A stretch of 64,000 nucleotides of DNA from Dictyostelium discoideum (GCA_000004695.1 CM000152.2:2912001-2976000); one strand, 5' to 3'; positions 26,222 to 43,421 are shown, numbered from the stretch's first letter. Notes: generated from the sequence alone by a model not told the origin. Translations and numbers: made by a program.

Positions 26222-27284
26222 TTATTGTATAACTTTATAATAACCATTTTTACTTGATTTTTTCATTATTATATAAATGATTAAACCCCCAACTAAGAAA
26301 CCAAAGGCGCAACCACCAACGGTGATACCAATCCAAGCACCCAATGTGAGTGGGACAGGTTTTGGAGTTGATGGAGCATCAATACCAATAGATTGTGGTA
26401 AATCATTGAATGATTTATTCTTTAAGAATCTAGTGATCATATCGAATGAAGTTGAAGGCATATTCATTGGATACATATGACTACCACCTAATGCTAAAAC
26501 AAAGGTTAAATTTGCAGCTGTTTTACCATAACCACCAGATTGAAGTGAACCATCAGTACCAACTGATGTCCATGTGAAACGTGGTGCATCTGACCATTCT
26601 TGAGTGTAATCCCACTCAATTTGATTTAAATATTCAGTAGTACCAACATGGTTACAAATTACATCGAATTGACCATTATAAATTAAAACTCTAATATTTG
26701 ATAACAATTCTGGGAATAAATATAATGAACTTTCATCTTGATTTGTAAGTAACCCATTTACAGTATCATTACACTCATTCCATTGATGTGGTGTCACTGT
26801 TGCATGAATTGCACTTCTAACATCATCACGATTCAAATAAACAAATTCTTGATTGATACCTGGTAATGGCCAGTTGTTACCTGCTGTTGGATCGTTTAAT
26901 CTATAATCGTACATATTGACTTGAGAAGTATTACTTGAACCGGAATCATCCAAAAGTGTATTAAAAACATTTGCACATTCATCAGAGTTGTAATTACCTT
27001 GTGAGAGTTGTTCTTGACAAAGATTATTAAGATTTTCATAATTGTTATATTGTCTTTGACCAATGATACCAGTTGCATAATATCCAAATTCACGATATGA
27101 ATTAATTTGAGTTGTTGGATGAGTATAACCATTACCAATTGCAACACCTTGAAGATTAATTTTAATTGAATCTTTTGATAAATTTTCATTCATATTTAAA
27201 ATATAACTTGCCATATGTGGAATATAATGTCCTGCATAACTTTCTATTTATTTTTAAAATTTTAATAAATATTAATATTTTAAT

Positions 27285-27326
<42 letters not shown>

Positions 27327-28089
27327 CATACCACCAGAAATGAAAAATGGTAAAGTTGAATAATTTGAAAAAATTTGGAAAAATTCTTGAATAAATTGAT
27401 AAAAGTTTTGATTAATTTCTAAATCATTTGTAACTAAACCATCATTATCACTAACGAATGAAAGACCTGTTCCAAATGGTTGATCCTATTTATTTATTTA
27501 AATTTTTATTAATATTTTTAAAATAATAAAAAAGTGTTTAGAAAAAAAAAAAAAAAAAAAAAAAATTTCTTACAATATATAACATATTTGCAGAATTATG
27601 CCAACTCCATGGATTAATATAAAATTTATCAGAATTATCAGAATCACCAATAAATCTGAGTGGACCAGTTTCAATGAAAACTGAATCCATTGAACTACAA
27701 CCTGGACCACCATTTAACCAAACTAATAATGGTGCATCCATTGGATTAATAACGGTTTCATTGGCTGGGAAGAACCAAAAGAATAAATTACCATCACTAG
27801 TTTCATTGGTTGTTAATAAACCTGAAAATGATGTTAAAATACCATTATCAAGACCTGGTAAATCGGTTACAAGGAAATCATTTGGAGTTTGTTTAACATT
27901 TTTTAATGATTTTAAATATTTATTATCATAATATTCTTTTGTATATGTTTTTGGTGAAGGATTTGGTTTTCTATCGGTTTGTTTTCTTTTACTAAAATTT
28001 ATTTTAGATTCAACAATACCACCATTATTATTTAATAATAATAATTGAATAATTAAAATAATTGATAATAAAATTATTTTAATATTCAT
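26222..28089 (-). CDS. Serine carboxypeptidase, peptidase family S10, with a C-terminal transmembrane anchor. Exons 27574..28089, 27332..27485, 26222..27243
   Basis: Signal peptide. S10 motif VWLNGGPGCSS. The catalytic Ser motif GESYAG is rebuilt across intron 2 (…FFISG / ESYAGHYIP). Donors GTAAGA and GTATGT. The C-terminal segment LTLGAWIGITVGGCAFGFLVGGLIIYIIM is hydrophobic. Confidence 0.85.
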
Positions 28090-28646
28090 TTTTTTAGATT
28101 TTTTTTTTTTTTTTTTTTTTGTTTGTAAACTGTTTTAAAAAAAAAAAATAAAAAAAAAAAAAACGCTGTTTAAATAACAAAAAATGATTTTTTTTTTTAT
28201 TTTTTTTAAAAAAAAAAAATTAAAAAAAAGATTTTTTTTATTCGCTGGAAATTTCTTTTGCAATCTTAAAAAATAATTTATTTTTTTTTTTTTTCTGTAA
28301 ACAGATTCTGAAGTGTGACAGAATTCTTTTTAACTTTTTTTTTTTTTTTTACAACCAAATAATTTTTAATTTTTATTTTTGCAGATAAAAAAGTATTTTA
28401 AAATTTAATTTAGAAAAAAAAAAATAAAAAATAAAAAAAAAAAAATAAAAAAAAAAATAAGAATTCTATCCACCTTCAGAATCTTCTTTATTTAATAAAA
28501 TTTAGTATTTTATTTTATAAAAAAATGTTTTTTTTTTTTCTTAAACAAAATAATAATCATAAAAAAAACCATTTTTTTTTTTTGAATTAGATCTGTTTTT
28601 AAAAAAACCGCCAATTTTGGTTGTTTTTGAAAAAAAATATAAAAAA

Positions 28647-28717
28647 GCGTATGTGGTCTAGTGGTATGATGCATCCCTGCCACGGATGCGAACTGGGTTC
28701 GATTCCCAGCATACGCA
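28647..28717 (+). tRNA. tRNA-Gly, anticodon GCC, 71 nt, CCA not encoded
   Basis: Acceptor stem GCGTATG/CATACGC. Anticodon stem CATCC/GGATG with loop CTGCCAC. T arm CTGGG-TTCGATT-CCCAG. A box TGGTCTAGTGG; B box GGTTCGATTCC. A T-run follows. Confidence 0.85.
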
Positions 28718-28749
28718 CAATTTTTTAAGGTACCCCCAATAAAATCACA

Positions 28750-28759
28750 GGTTCGATTC
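28750..28759 (+). promoter_or_regulatory. External B box (ex-B box, GGTTCGATTC), 33 bp downstream of the tRNA 3' end
   Basis: A second perfect B-box consensus lies outside the tRNA body. This arrangement is known for many Dictyostelium tRNA genes. Confidence 0.5.
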
Positions 28760-28812
28760 TTTTTTCCTCTACACCGATTTAGAAAAAAAAAAAAAGATTC
28801 TTTTTTCCTCTA
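28755..28812. mobile_element. 17-bp perfect direct repeat (gattcttttttcctcta x2) flanking a 24-bp segment that ends in A13; candidate footprint of a severely 5'-truncated poly(A) retroelement insertion at the ex-B box
   Basis: The two copies sit at 28755-28771 and 28796-28812. Between them is caccgatttag followed by 13 A. Confidence 0.25.
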
Positions 28813-29099
28813 ATTAATCATGATCAACTGGTAGTTTTTAAAATTAATTAATTCTTTTGCTTTTTTAATTAATAATGATTAGTATATTTGATTCTTTTTT
28901 ATTGAATCACCAAAGTTTGATGAATTATAAGTTGAATTAATAAAAATTTATGGATAAATTTCTTTTTTACCTCCAAATGATTATGTGGTAAAAAACTCTT
29001 ATTATCAACACTTCTTAACAAATGCTAACCATTTTAGATTATATTGAAAAGGCAAAAAATTTAAAATTAACTCTTTTGAAAGATCCAAGTTATCTCCTT

Positions 29100-30000
29100 A
29101 AATAAATAATAAAACAATGAAAATTAACTTGAAAATCTTATTGTATTCCAGGAGCTAGGGTAATCATATAGATTGAATTATTTTGAATATTATTAAAATT
29201 ATGATTATTATGCAAGGTTCCAGTTATTGGTGTACCATTATGTGATAAAGTATTGTATTTGTTAAAATCACCTACAGTTAATTGTTGTGATCCAAATGAA
29301 ATAATTGATATTTGATCGACTGTACTAATAATATGCTGAAATACAACTAACTTTAAAATTGCCACTTGTTGATACATCTCTATTATAAATTTGAATTAAA
29401 ATTACTATATAAAATAATGGTATTTCAAAGTAATGAATACATTTTTGAAATGATTGATCATTTGTTTTTGATTTAAAATTTACTTCATGTATTAATAATT
29501 ATCATTGGAGTTAATTGAAGTTGTCTTAATTTACTTAATGAACAATCTGGTTGTTGGCATGAATTTGCCTTATCAATAATAACCAATCCATTTAATAAAT
29601 ATGAAAAATCCGTGAATGTACCTTTTTTTAACATCAACATGCTTCTCCAATACAAATCCATTATAATCAACAAAAAGTTGCATATCCTAAACATAAAAAA
29701 AAAAAAAAAATTTAATATTAAATTTAATATTTAAATTTTTCTGTTGGAATTTTTAAAATTATAATAATACATTTTTAATGAAATTTAATTGATTTTCTAT
29801 TTTTCCAAAATTTGAAATATTGACAAATATATTTCCATCAAATTTAATGAGTTGAAGTTGTTGAATCCCATTTTTTAATCTTTTTCAACTCTTTAGTATA
29901 TGGTGCAAAATCATTGTTTCCCTTTTTGATTAATGTCCAAAGCTAGCCATTTTTTTTGGCTCTTCAAATCCAATAGATAATATCATTATTATTATTATTT
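29100..30000 (-). pseudogene. Stop-riddled remnant of coding sequence (FNIP/LRR-like degenerate motifs) downstream of the tRNA; possible decayed gene or element relic
   Basis: G+C content is higher than in the intergenic DNA. Fragments such as FGSQQLTVGDFNKYNTL and LIKKGNNDFAPYTKELKK are split across frames. Confidence 0.2.
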
Positions 30001-30905
30001 TAGATTTGAAAAAATGTTAAAATATATAAAAATATAAAAATATTATGTGTACGCAAAAAATTAAACTCTTATTTATTGTGATTGAATATGATTGATTTTC
30101 TTTCATATTTTAAAAACAATAATTGGACTATAAACGATAACTATTTTTTGATTGATAATAATCCATATCTTTAATATACTAAACATAGATGTAATATTAA
30201 TATTATTCGTTTTTTAAAAAAAAAATTGATAAAAGTTGGTGTGCAATAGAACAACTATTATATAATGTTGAATCTTGAATGAATAATGAAAAATAAATAA
30301 AAAAATTAATTAAAAAAAAAAGAAAAATTATATTAAAATAAAAATAAAAAAATTATCCCCTTTTTTTTTTTAAATATAAATAAACATATGTATTTTTTTT
30401 ATTTTTTTAAGCACTAATTTAATTTTTGGTGCTTTTTTTGAAATTGTTGTGATATACGATTTAATTTTAATTAATTTTTTTTTTTTTTTTGTTTGTGGAA
30501 TAATAAAATAAAAAAAAAAATTGATTTTAAAATTCTATTACTTATATAAAATAGCTATCACCATACAAAAAAAAAAACTAGAAATGGAATTGAATTGAAG
30601 TACATCCTTTTTAATTTTTGATTCAATTTTTTAGATTTTAAAACTTCAATATATTAATATGATATATAAGTAATTATTTTTTTTAAGATATTTCCTTGTC
30701 ATTCTTTGATTTAATAAAAAATAATTTCTAATAATAAGAATTACAAAAAACAAACAAAAATATCAAAACTTAAATATCAAAAGACTGTGTTTAAATAAAA
30801 AAAGAAAACTAATTATTTGAGATTATAGAGATTAAATTAAACAATGGTCACAAATTATTTAAATTTTTAAATTCAATAAATATGTTCTTTTATTTTTTAC
30901 TTTTT

Positions 30906-30939
<34 letters not shown>

Positions 30940-30955
30940 TTCCAGATTAGAATAT

Positions 30956-35600
<4,645 letters not shown>

Positions 35601-35728
35601 GTTTTTATATATTATTTTTATTCTTTTTTTACAATTATTTCTACAATTTTTTTTTTTTATATTTGATTTTTAAATGTACAAAGTTTAATTTTAATTTTAA
35701 TTTTTAAATTTTCAGACTTTTTATTTTA

Positions 35729-35796
35729 TTTATTTTTATTTTTATTTTTATTTTTATTTTTATTTTTATTTTTATTTTTATTTTTATTTTTATTTT
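35729..35796. repeat. (TTTTTA)n hexamer array, about 11 copies, about 130 bp 5' of the MATH-BTB gene ATG (reads TAAAAA on the coding strand)
   Basis: Direct reading. Confidence 0.9.
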
Positions 35797-36261
35797 GACT
35801 ATTTAGATTTAATATATTATATTATTACAACAATTAAATTCCTAAAATAATGTATAATAGTTTTCATTTAATGTTTATACATTTATTTTTATATATGTAG
35901 GAATATATATTTATATTTATATTTATATTTTATTATAGAGATAATAGGGGTAGTGGTGGTTGTGGTGGTAAATGGTGGTTTTTGATATTATAAATTAAAT
36001 TATGAAAAAAATGTGGTTTATAAAAAAATAAAAAAAAAAATACTTTTTTTTTTTTTTTTTTTTTTCATTTTTTTTTTTTTTTTTTTTAATTTTATTTTAA
36101 TTTTAATTTTTTTTTTTTTTTTTTTTTTATATAATATGAAATTCAAATAAAAAAAAAAAATAAAAATAAAAAAAATAAAAATTTTATTTAGAATAAATCA
36201 AAAAAAAAAAAAAAAGAAGAACGCGATAATAACAAAGAATACACAATAAAATACTAGAATA

Positions 36262-36688
36262 ATGAATTCACTTTCAATATTAAATAATATTGAAGATAAA
36301 GTTGTAGAGGCAATTAATACGGCAGCATTATCATTGGAATCATTATCAGCTTCTTTGGATATCGAAAATACCAATGAAAATTTCTCAAAATTTCAAACTC
36401 AATCAGATAAATTTTATAATTTAGTGAAAAAAGATATTCATAAAGGTTTAATAGATTTCATTGATTCAATGACTGATATTGCACCATTTGATCATTCAAG
36501 TTATCTAAAGAAATCAGAATTAGAAGTCTCTCATAATTTCACTGAAATCATTCTAAGTCATTTAGAAGATTTAAATAATATAGTTGAAAATAATCAAGAA
36601 AAACAAGAAAAAGAAAAACAAGAAAAAGAAAAATTAGAAAAAGAAAAATTAGAAAAAGAAAAACAACAATCAAATGAAATGAATATTG

Positions 36689-36693
<5 letters not shown>
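36262..36693 (+). CDS. Small coiled-coil protein, tentatively Mediator subunit 11-like
   Basis: The N-terminal LSILNNIEDKVVEAINTAALSLESLS resembles the MED11 N-terminal helix pattern L..LE.IE..I...L..AG..I.EL. The C-terminus has (EKEKQ)n. It is transcribed divergently from the MATH-BTB gene. Confidence 0.4.
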
Positions 36694-36725
<32 letters not shown>

Positions 36726-36943
36726 ATAATAAATAATAATAAATAATATAATAATATAATTCACTTTTAAAAAGTGAATTTTTTGTAAATAGTAATAATA
36801 ATAATAACAACCTATTATTTATTTGATTTTATTTATTTGATTTTATTTATTTGATTTAATTTATTTTTTTTTATATTTTTTTTTAATTCATATACGTTAT
36901 TTGTTTTTTTTTTATTTTTTTATATAAAGTTTTTTTTTTATAT

Positions 36944-37630
36944 TTAATTTAATAAACCTTCATCTTCTTCTTCACCATCACCAAAACCAGAATCTCCTTC
37001 ATCGAATAAATTATTTGGATTATTCATTCTAGATTGTTTATTTAATAATCTATTATGATTTAAGAAATCTCTATTTTGTTCCAATTGTTGTTGTAATAGA
37101 TTTCTTCTTCTAACTTCATCACCATTTGAACTTTGAGATCTTCTATGACCACGTGCAGCAGGTTTATACAATGGTGGTGGCATTAAAGAATTACCACTAC
37201 CCTTTTGAGCAATACCACCTAAATTTGGATTTGAAATACTAGAGATTGATGATGATGAACTATTCAATGAATGTGGTGCTGATACATGACTATTATTATT
37301 ATTATTAATATTTACATTTGGTGCAAATGAAACATGAGGTTGGAATGATGGTTGTGTTGATTGTGGTACTGGTGGTGCATGTCCATTAATATTAAAATTA
37401 TCAAATGTATGTTGTGATTGTTGTTGTTGTTGTTGTTGTTGTGCTGCTGTTGTTGCTGTTGATGTTGTTGATGATATTGTTGTTGTGTAATAACATTTGC
37501 ATTTGAATGTGACAAACGACCCGTTGATGGTGATAATGGTGGTGATGACGATGGTGTTAAAATTAATGTATATAAACGAGCATCTTCCAAAGATGCTGAA
37601 TGTGGGAATCTTAATCCTTGTTGTTGTGGG

Positions 37631-37706
<76 letters not shown>

Positions 37707-37817
37707 GCTGTTGTGGGTGTTGTTGTTGTTGTAAATGATGAATATTTGGTGGGAGTGGTGGTTTCTTTGCACCAATTACAGGTGACAAACTACCAGGAGT
37801 TAATGATATTGGTGTAC

Positions 37818-37851
<34 letters not shown>

Positions 37852-39082
37852 TGATTGTTGATAACGTGGTGAAGGATTTGAGGTTGGTTCACTTAATCCG
37901 AAATTACCAAAACCTGACTCTGATGTATTGGTTGTAGTTGCCGAGAATGGATTAAATGTTGGTTCGGTTGAAAATGGATTACTACTATTTATATTATCAA
38001 ATGATGAATTCAAACTTGCATTACCTGATAAATTACCACTATTACTATTATTACTATTATTACTATTATTACTATTATTATTATTATTATTATTATTATT
38101 TAAATTTAAATCTGATAAACTACTATTTAATCTATTAAAACTATTACTTCTAACAATAGTAAAAGTTGGAGCAGTATTTGGTAAAGTTGGAAAGAAAATA
38201 TCAGAGAAACAAGGTACTTGTGCTAACTTTGTATATTGTTCCCTTAATCTTGTATACATTGATTGAAATTGATTAACACATGAAATTAACTTCATATCGA
38301 CATCACTAAATTGTTTTGATAAAACATCTATCGAACCACTAATAAAACAAAAGATACTATATGATGAACTATTTAATATATTTACACAATGTTGTAATAA
38401 TGAAATTGGAACATTACCACTACCACTACTATTACTACTACAAATATTATTAATACAATAATCTGATAAATTATTTTGAACTAAAAATAAATGATCCATA
38501 ATATCGAATAAAGCTTTAATTGTATTTATACTAATTGGATGATTATTACTATCTAATGATTCTGGTATACCCCATTTCATCTCTTCAAATGCAAAACTAC
38601 CATCAATCATATAATTCTTTTGATGAAATAATATAAATTTATATAACAATAATGAATAATGTGATAATAATTCACCTAATTGTAAATCTATATATATAAA
38701 ATGTTTAAAAATAAATAAATAAATAATTTTGTTAAACCCACCCTACTATTATTAATTATTCATTTATTTAAATAAAACTTACATCTATCTTTTTGTTTTG
38801 ACCAACCTAAATATAAATTATTAAATAAATCCTTACTATCATGAACATCGGATTTAAATTGTATATTATTACCCTCTGATAATAAAGCATGTACCAATAA
38901 TAATGATTTGAAACAAACTAAAGGTTCTTTCAATGGCCTCTTTACAATGATATGCATTGTACCTTTACCTGGTTTCATTGATTTCAATTTCAATAATAAT
39001 CCACTATCAAATGTATTAGTTTGATCATTATTTGTAAGTTGTGTAATAATATTTAAAATTTCTTCATTCGTTATATTATTTC

Positions 39083-39136
<54 letters not shown>

Positions 39137-40761
39137 TACTATTACTATTATCGTTACTATTTACATTAAATGGATTATTACTTAAATTCGTACGTGGTGA
39201 ATCCCTAAATGGATCATCAAAACTATTATTACTATTATTAGGAGGGAATGAAACTGGTTGAAGTGATGGTGTTGTACCTGGTGTCGCCCTTCTTTTTGGT
39301 GGTGTTGGACTTGGTTGTGAAATATTTCCATTACTATTACTATGTTCTAATCCATTACTATTATTTTCAATATTATTTACAACTGTTGGCGATGGTGATG
39401 GTGATGGTGATTGTGATGGCGCAGGTGGTGGTGGTGTTGGTGTTGGTGTAGTTTGTGATACAACCTTTGGTAATGGTTTTGGTATATTTTTACCATTTAC
39501 TATATTATTATTATTATTATTATTAATATTATTATTATTATTATTTATATTATTATTTTCATTATATGATAATAAAATATTTGATTTATGAGAAGGGAAT
39601 AATGGTTGTTGATTTCTTAATAAATTTAATTGATTTGTAATTTCAAAGATATTAGGTCTATTGATTGGATCAGGATTTAACATTATTTTAATTAAAGATA
39701 TTAAATCATTTGAATGAGTATGATTTGGGGGTATTGTATAATTTGAATTTAGTATACCTAATGAACCTGAATCTTCAAATGGTGTGACATAGAACAATAG
39801 TTTATACAACAGACAGCCCAATGCCCAGATATCGATTTTCTCATTGATGACTGGTGACCTGTAGAAATCGACAATCTCTGGCGCTCTGTATTGTAATGTG
39901 GTGTGACGTGATATATCGTCTTCGGCATTCTGCATCTCGGTTTTATTCTTCATTCTTGTGATTTCCTCGGTGGCTGACCCGAAATCACAGAGTTTGTAAA
40001 TGCCACTCTCTTCATCCAATAAAACATTTTCAACCTTTAAATCCCTATGAATTATCAATGGTTGTTGTGAATGCATATATGCAACCGATTCACAAATATC
40101 TTGAAAGATCTTCAATATCTCTTGATCTGTAAATTTACTTCCACTCGATAATCTCTTTTGCATTATCTCTACTAAATGTCCACCTGAACAATATTCCATC
40201 AATATAAACATCTCTGTATTATTCTTATCACTAACTTTATGATAATCTAATATTTTAACTATATTTTTATGTTTTGTTAATCTTTTCTATAAGATAATAA
40301 AAAAAAATAATAATAAAAAAAATAAAAAAAAATAAAAAAAGAGTTAGAAGGGAATAATAAAAAAAAAAAAAAAAAAAAAAATAGAAAATATTAATAAGGA
40401 AAAAAAAAAAAAAAAGATTTTTACCATTATTGAAATTTCATGTTTAACACCTTTTAATTCATCCTCATCCCTAATTAAAATTCTTTTTAATGCATAATGT
40501 TTTGAAGTATTTGAATCTTTTACTAAGAAAACATATGAAAAGCCACCTAAATTTTCAGGAAAAAAAATAAAATAAAAATAAAAATTTTATTTGAATATTT
40601 GAACTTGTATATATATATATATATATTTCAACACAAATTATCTAAAAAGATTATTTTTGTTATAAAAAAAATATATATTTATAAATACCTTCTGCAATTT
40701 GCTTAACAAAATTTAAATGATATGAACCAATTTTTAAAGTTTTACCTTGATTATTTCCCAT
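36944..40761 (-). CDS. NAK-family (AAK1/BIKE/GAK-like) Ser/Thr protein kinase with a very long low-complexity tail. Exons 40689..40761, 40425..40546, 38783..40286, 38687 to 37312 as read, or to 36944 if a 1-nt frame slip is corrected
   Basis: MGNNQGKTLKIGSYHLNFVKQIAEG runs into gtattt. Then GGFSYVFLVKD...YALKRI (glycine loop and VAIK-equivalent), HRDLKVENVLL, LCDFGSAT, TTLQYRAPEI and IDIWALGCLLYKLLFYVTPFE. A GTAAGT donor at 38782 and a tatatag acceptor at 38688 join it to the 445-aa track ORF. Frame C stops at 37312, but frame B continues plausibly to 36944. Confidence 0.8.
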
Positions 40762-42585
40762 ATTTTTATTATAATTATTATATTTTAATTAAAATATACT
40801 TTTTTATATTATGTTTTTTTTTTTTACTTAATTAAATATTAAAATTGTTTTAATACACCTTTTTTTTTAAAAAAAAAAAAAAAAAAAATGTAATTAATTA
40901 TTATTATTATTTTTTTAATATTTTATTTTATTTTCTAATATTATTATTTTTTATAATTTTTTTTTTTTGTTTTTTTTACTTTGTTGTTTATTTATGGTTA
41001 TTTTTGAATTAATTCAAAAAAGAAAGTAATAAAACTTAAGATAAGTTTCTTATTATTATGTTTTAATACTTTTTTTTATTTATTTTTTATTTTATTTTAT
41101 TTTTTATTTTATTTTATTTTTTTTACTTATTCAAATAATGACACACCAAAAATGTGTTAATTCTTTATTATTATAAATTAATTTATTTTCAAATCAAAAA
41201 ATTAGAAAATAAAAAAAAAAAAAAAACACAAAAAATAATTTGAAAAATAAATTTTAAAAAAAAAATAAAAAAATTAAAAAAAAAAAAATGACCTAATTTC
41301 ACAAAAAAAAAAAAAAAAATGAAAAAGGTTTGTTTTGACTAAACTAAAAAAAAATAATTAATTTAATAACTAACTAAAAAAAAAAAAATTTATATAATAA
41401 TAAAAATTAAAAAAATTAATGATATAAAAAAATTACAATAAAAGGTGTGAATTTTTAAAAAAAAAAAAAAAAAAACAATTCTGCACTTTTGAATCATTTA
41501 AAACCATTACTAAATTCCCCAATGCACCATTATCTAATCAATTATTAATTTTAAGGAATAAAAAAACTCATCCCAAAATGCTTTTACAAAAAATGATTTT
41601 TTTTGGAAAAAGAAAAAATAAAAAAAATAAAAAAAAAAAATAAAAAAATAAAAATAAAAATTTAAATCTGTGTAATTCCTTCATCTCATTGGAAATCAAA
41701 AAAAAATAAAAAAAAAAATAAACAGAAAGGTTGAAGGTTATATAACCCAAAGACATTTTGACCAACACCGCTGTTGCAATTCAAATAATATTTTTCGAAT
41801 TTTTTAAAAAAAAAAAAAAAACAAAAAATTAAATTAAATAAAATTTTATTTCCATCTCTTAACAAAAAAAAAAATAAAAAAAAATAAAAAAAAAAATAAA
41901 AAAAATATAAAAAAAAAATATAAAAAAAAAAAAAATTCAAATTTGGATTTAGTTTCATTATTAATTATTTTTTTCAAAAAAAAAAAAAAAAAAACTATAA
42001 AAATAGTTGTAGTATTAGTACACAAATTATATTAAATTTACACAAATTTTTTTTTTCCAAATCAATAATAAAAAAAATAAACCCACACCACCAAAAATTT
42101 GTATACATAAATAATTTAACACAATAAGCTTTTTTGTGCAGGAATAAAAAAAAAAAAAAAAAAAAACTTTTTTTATTAAATTAAAGGTACATATTTATTA
42201 TTACTCATTTTAATTTTATATTTTTTTAAACATAGGAATAATAAAAAGTAATCATATAATTTAATTAAAGTTTTAAAAAAAAAAAAAAAAATAAAAAAAA
42301 AAAATAAAAAAAAAAAAAAAACAACCACTATCTTCGCACTCGCTTTTTTTTTTTTTTTTTTTTTTTTTTCAATTATTGTTATAAAAAATAAAAAAAAAAA
42401 TAAAAAAAAAAATAAAAAATTAATTTAATTTTAATTTTAATTATATAGAAGAAAAAAAAAATAAAAAAAAAAAACACTCACACAAAAAAAAAAAAAAAAA
42501 AACCAAAACAGAGACAAAACAAATAAAATAATATTATATTATAAAATTTTAGAATCTATAAACATATAAAAAAAAAAAAAAAAAA

Positions 42586-43002
42586 ATGTCAGAACCGTAA
42601 GTAAAGGATTTTTTTAAAAAAAAGTTAATAACAATAGTAATAATTAAATAAATACTAATTAAAATCAATATGTACCAAAAAATAATAATAATTAATAAAT
42701 CAATATAATAATAATAATTTTTTAGAGTTAATAAAGTAAAACAAACTCAACAACAAGTTGATGATGTTACAAATACCATGCACATTGCAGTTGGTAAAAT
42801 GTTAGATAATCAACAAAAAGTTTCAGAATTAACAGATAAGAGTGAAAATATGAAACAAGGTGCTCAACAATTCAAAAAGAAGACTAATGAAATCAAACGT
42901 TTAATGTGGTGTAGAAATATAAAACTTACTCTTATCATTATTGCAGTAGTTGTGCTCTTATTGGTTGTTATTATTGTACCAATTGTTCTCAAATTTACAT
43001 AA
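42586..43002 (+). CDS. Synaptobrevin/VAMP-type R-SNARE, about 94 aa. Exons 42586..42596 and 42726..43002
   Basis: ATGTCAGAACC then gtaagt. The second exon encodes VNKVKQTQQQVDDVTNTMHIAVGKMLDNQQKVSELTDKSENMKQGAQQFKKKTNEIKRLMWCRNIKLTLIIIAVVVLLLVVIIVPIV, an R-SNARE heptad plus a C-terminal TM helix. Confidence 0.85.
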
Positions 43003-43421
43003 ATCAATTTAAAAAAAGGAAAAACAACATTAATATATATATTTAAGAATTCAAAAAATTAAAAAAAAAAAAAAAAAGTTATAACTCAAAATAATAAATA
43101 AGTAATAATACCCAAAAAAAAAAAAAGAAACAAATAATAACTAGTAGCAAATAATAAATAATAATAATAAATAACAAATAATACAATATAAATTCATTTT
43201 TTATATACAGTGCAAACTATAGTATTTAAACAATAGCACACAAATATATATATTTGTAAATATAATAACCCAATATCAAAAAAAAAAAAACAAAATTAAA
43301 AAAAAAAAAGAAAAAAAAAAAAAAAAGAAAATAAAATCAAATATGTCATTATTTATAGACTTATATATATACATAATTTCTTTTAATATATATAATTTTG
43401 TTTTTTATTATATATTATTTT

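Noticed and set aside
41568-41958. Track ORFs 41568..41768 and 41686..41958 (-) in the kinase/synaptobrevin intergenic region
   Set aside because: Made almost wholly of poly-F/K from T and A runs. This is intergenic AT-rich DNA.
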